A DNA stretch of 64,000 bases from the human T2T-CHM13v2.0 reference genome, Homo sapiens, in assembly GCF_009914755.1 (NCBI RefSeq), contig NC_060940.1, one strand, 5' to 3'. The notes under the pieces were generated by a model. It searched no databases and had not been told where the DNA came from. It saw only the letters and a list, made by a program, of their open reading frames with translations. Shown here in pieces: positions 61,485 to 64,000 of this stretch (positions are counted from its first letter, which is position 1; the number at the start of each line of letters is the position of its first letter). The position numbers and the translations under genes were made by a program.

Positions 61485-62487
61485 TGTACCTTGAAAAATA
61501 GCTTTTCTTTTTCTTAAAACTTCCCAAAGCTTTCATAAAATTAGCCCTCAAGCACTCTTACGTATCTCATCCACTCTTCTTCCTCTCTCCCTTTCCTGAA
61601 GCCATTTGTAACTTACTCTATTACACTAGGAAGGGGAAGCAAATATTCATATTATTTTCTTGTTATATCCTTAGCCTTACTAGACCTTTGTGGTTTCTAT
61701 GGATGAGGGACATAATATTTATTAATTTATTCTAAACTTCAGTCACTCATAATATACCCTTTTATTCCTCCTTCTTCTGTGATATTGGGAGTGTATAGTT
61801 GTCATTGTGACAAACCCTTTGCTGTCAGTATCTATAGTGGATGGGGAGAAAAGGAGAGCTTTGCCAATCATCGTCTCCAGTGCATTTCCCACTGTCAGTG
61901 TCATTGTCTAATGCTGTTTGCATCCACACAGCCTAAGGGAACCGTTCAAGTGAGTGACTCCCTCCCTTCACTTCAGCCCATCACTTGAGCATTTCTCTCC
62001 CTTGAAAAAAGACAAGTGGTGCTTCTAAGACTTGAGTAATTCTGAATTTAATTGAGGACTAGATGTTCCTGTTTTATATCCTACAGGGCTGGCATCTCTA
62101 ATGCTGAAAGTACAACAAAGTGCAGTGGTAGTCACTGAGTGTTCAGCCATGCTGGGTCATCAAAATAAAAGGAGATCGTCTTCCCATTCCTATCAATGGC
62201 CTAATCTCTACCAGATATATAACTGGAAAAACAATGCATTTGCTTAAACATCCACAGTGAGCCACACTTGTTCGGTGTTGTGGGGAAATGACGCAGAAAC
62301 ATCCTTGTTTATTAAGGATCCAATATTGATAGGCTGAGGCATATTTTTCCTCCCAAGTCTGCACATGGTCATGCATTAAATATTAATGAGCATCTTCTCT
62401 CTATCAGGCTTTGGGGGATATGTTCACCTCTTGGGAGGTGAACATGATAGATAAGATCCTTTCTCTCATGTAGCATTCTCTCCATTC

Positions 62488-62722
62488 TTTTTTTTTTTTT
62501 TTTTTTGATAGTGACTAGCTCTGTCACCTAGGCTAGAGTGCAGTGGTGCAAACATGACTCACTGCAGCCTTGACCTCATGGACTCAAGTGATCCTCAAGT
62601 GATCCTCTTGCCTCCACAACATCCAGCTAACTTTTAAAAAAATTTTTGAAGAGAAGGTTTTGCCATGTTGCCTCAGCCTCCTGAAGTGGTGGGATTACAG
62701 GTGTGAGCCACTGCACCTGGCC
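62488..62722 (-). mobile_element. AluJ with internal deletions
   Basis: Antisense Alu with duplicated ctcaagtgatc and missing segments. Confidence 0.8.
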
Positions 62723-63279
62723 ACGTTTTCTTTCCATTCTTATGGAAGGCAGTAGTCAACAAAACAGTTAATCAATTGAGAATATATTAGGTTGTTATAG
62801 GAACCATGAAAAAATAAAATAGAGTGTGTAAAGAAGGCTTGATGGCCAGGAAGCTTTTACAGGGAAGTGACATTGGAACTGAGACCAAATACTTAAAGAA
62901 GGCAGTTCTTTGAAGAGTTGATGGGAAAGTATTCCAAGAAGTGGGAATGGCAAGGGGAAAGGACTTAAGATGTAACCTCAGAATGATTAAGGAGGAGCAT
63001 GGTACAAGAGGATGTCAGAAACATAGCCAGGAAAGAGAGCTATGCTTAAGTATTAGGATTTTATTCTTTGCAAAGGAAAAGCCCATTGAAGCTTTAAAGC
63101 AAGGCCCTAAGAGTTAACATAATTTTTTTAAGGTACCTTAAAAATTTTGCTGAATGAAGAATTCATTGAAGTGAGTCAGGAATGTATGATTTTGGACAAC
63201 TGACACAATGCCTGAGGCATAGTTTCTTCATATGGAAATTGGAGACAATGATCATATCTACCTTAGCAGATTATATAAT

Positions 63280-63580
63280 GAATTATTTTCCTAGGGCTCC
63301 TGTAATAAGGTACCACAAACTGGGTAACTTAAGCAACAGAGATTTATTGCCTCACAATTCTAGAGGTGAGAAGTCCAGATCAAGAAGCTGGCAGGGCTAG
63401 GCTGCCTGAAAAGGTGCTAAGGAAGGAACTCTTCCAGTCCTCTTTCTCTCCTTCCAGTAGTTCCTTGGCTTGTGACAGCACAGTGTCAATTCTCATATGG
63501 CATCCTCCCCGTGTGCCTCTCTCTATGTCCAAATCTCCCTTTTATTTAAGGACAGAGTCACAGTGGATTAGAACATCCCC
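63280..63580 (-). mobile_element. MLT1-type MaLR LTR fragment
   Basis: ttcctagggctcctgtaataaggtaccacaaactgggtaacttaagcaacagagatttatt..cacaattctagagg..gaagtccagatcaag. Confidence 0.75.
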
Positions 63581-64000
63581 ATAACATGAAGATTGCATGA
63601 AATTATATACATAAATAACTCAACAACATAGCTTCCAAATAGAAAACACTCAGCCTTTGTCATCTCATCATTATTTGTTTACACCTTTGTATTATTGGTA
63701 TAGCTCTAGTCTTTTGAAAGGTGCAGTTACTCATCTTTGTGTTTTCCACTCCTTTATAGCTAAGTGTAAGGTGCTTTTGCAAAATCCAGTACTGCATATT
63801 TGAGAAATGCTTTTTATTCCTACACATACTGCATATACTGTTACACAATTCGATTTTGTAGGTCTAATGAAGTTGGTCTTTCTATGAGTTCCTATGGCTA
63901 AAAATAGTCACAATTGTGTACTCCAGTAAATTGTTAGAATGAAGGAAAATAGTTTGAGTGAAATTATCAATCTGGTTTTTCTGACTTCAGCTGTGTGTCA

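Overview
This is primate, almost certainly human, non-coding genomic DNA with no intact protein-coding gene. It is Alu-dense from 1 to 43 kb and AT-rich with old L1/L2 from 43 to 64 kb. The gene-fragment content is two GTF2I exons, a U6 retrocopy, a processed CIC pseudogene and the terminal SEPTIN14 exon. From memory, that content matches the multi-copy human subtelomeric/pericentromeric segmental-duplication block of the CICP/SEPTIN14P/GTF2IP/RNU6-P type; I cannot tell which chromosomal copy this is. I found no evidence of a new gene system. The most interesting signal is structural, with repeated marks of fold-back or template-switch synthesis. (1) A ~45-copy 48/49-bp VNTR sits at the apex of a ~290-bp-arm inverted repeat, and its unit looks like forward plus reverse pieces of a flanking diverged 32-bp satellite. 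(2) The CIC retrocopy is internally scrambled, with inverted and triplicated pieces. (3) A 933-bp local duplication sits inside an Alu with templated and snap-back junction fillers. (4) There is a perfect spacer-less 100-bp palindrome. (5) Older internal paralogous blocks preserve both filled and empty insertion sites. All homology calls come from recalled sequences, not from searches. Repeat boundaries and subfamilies are approximate.
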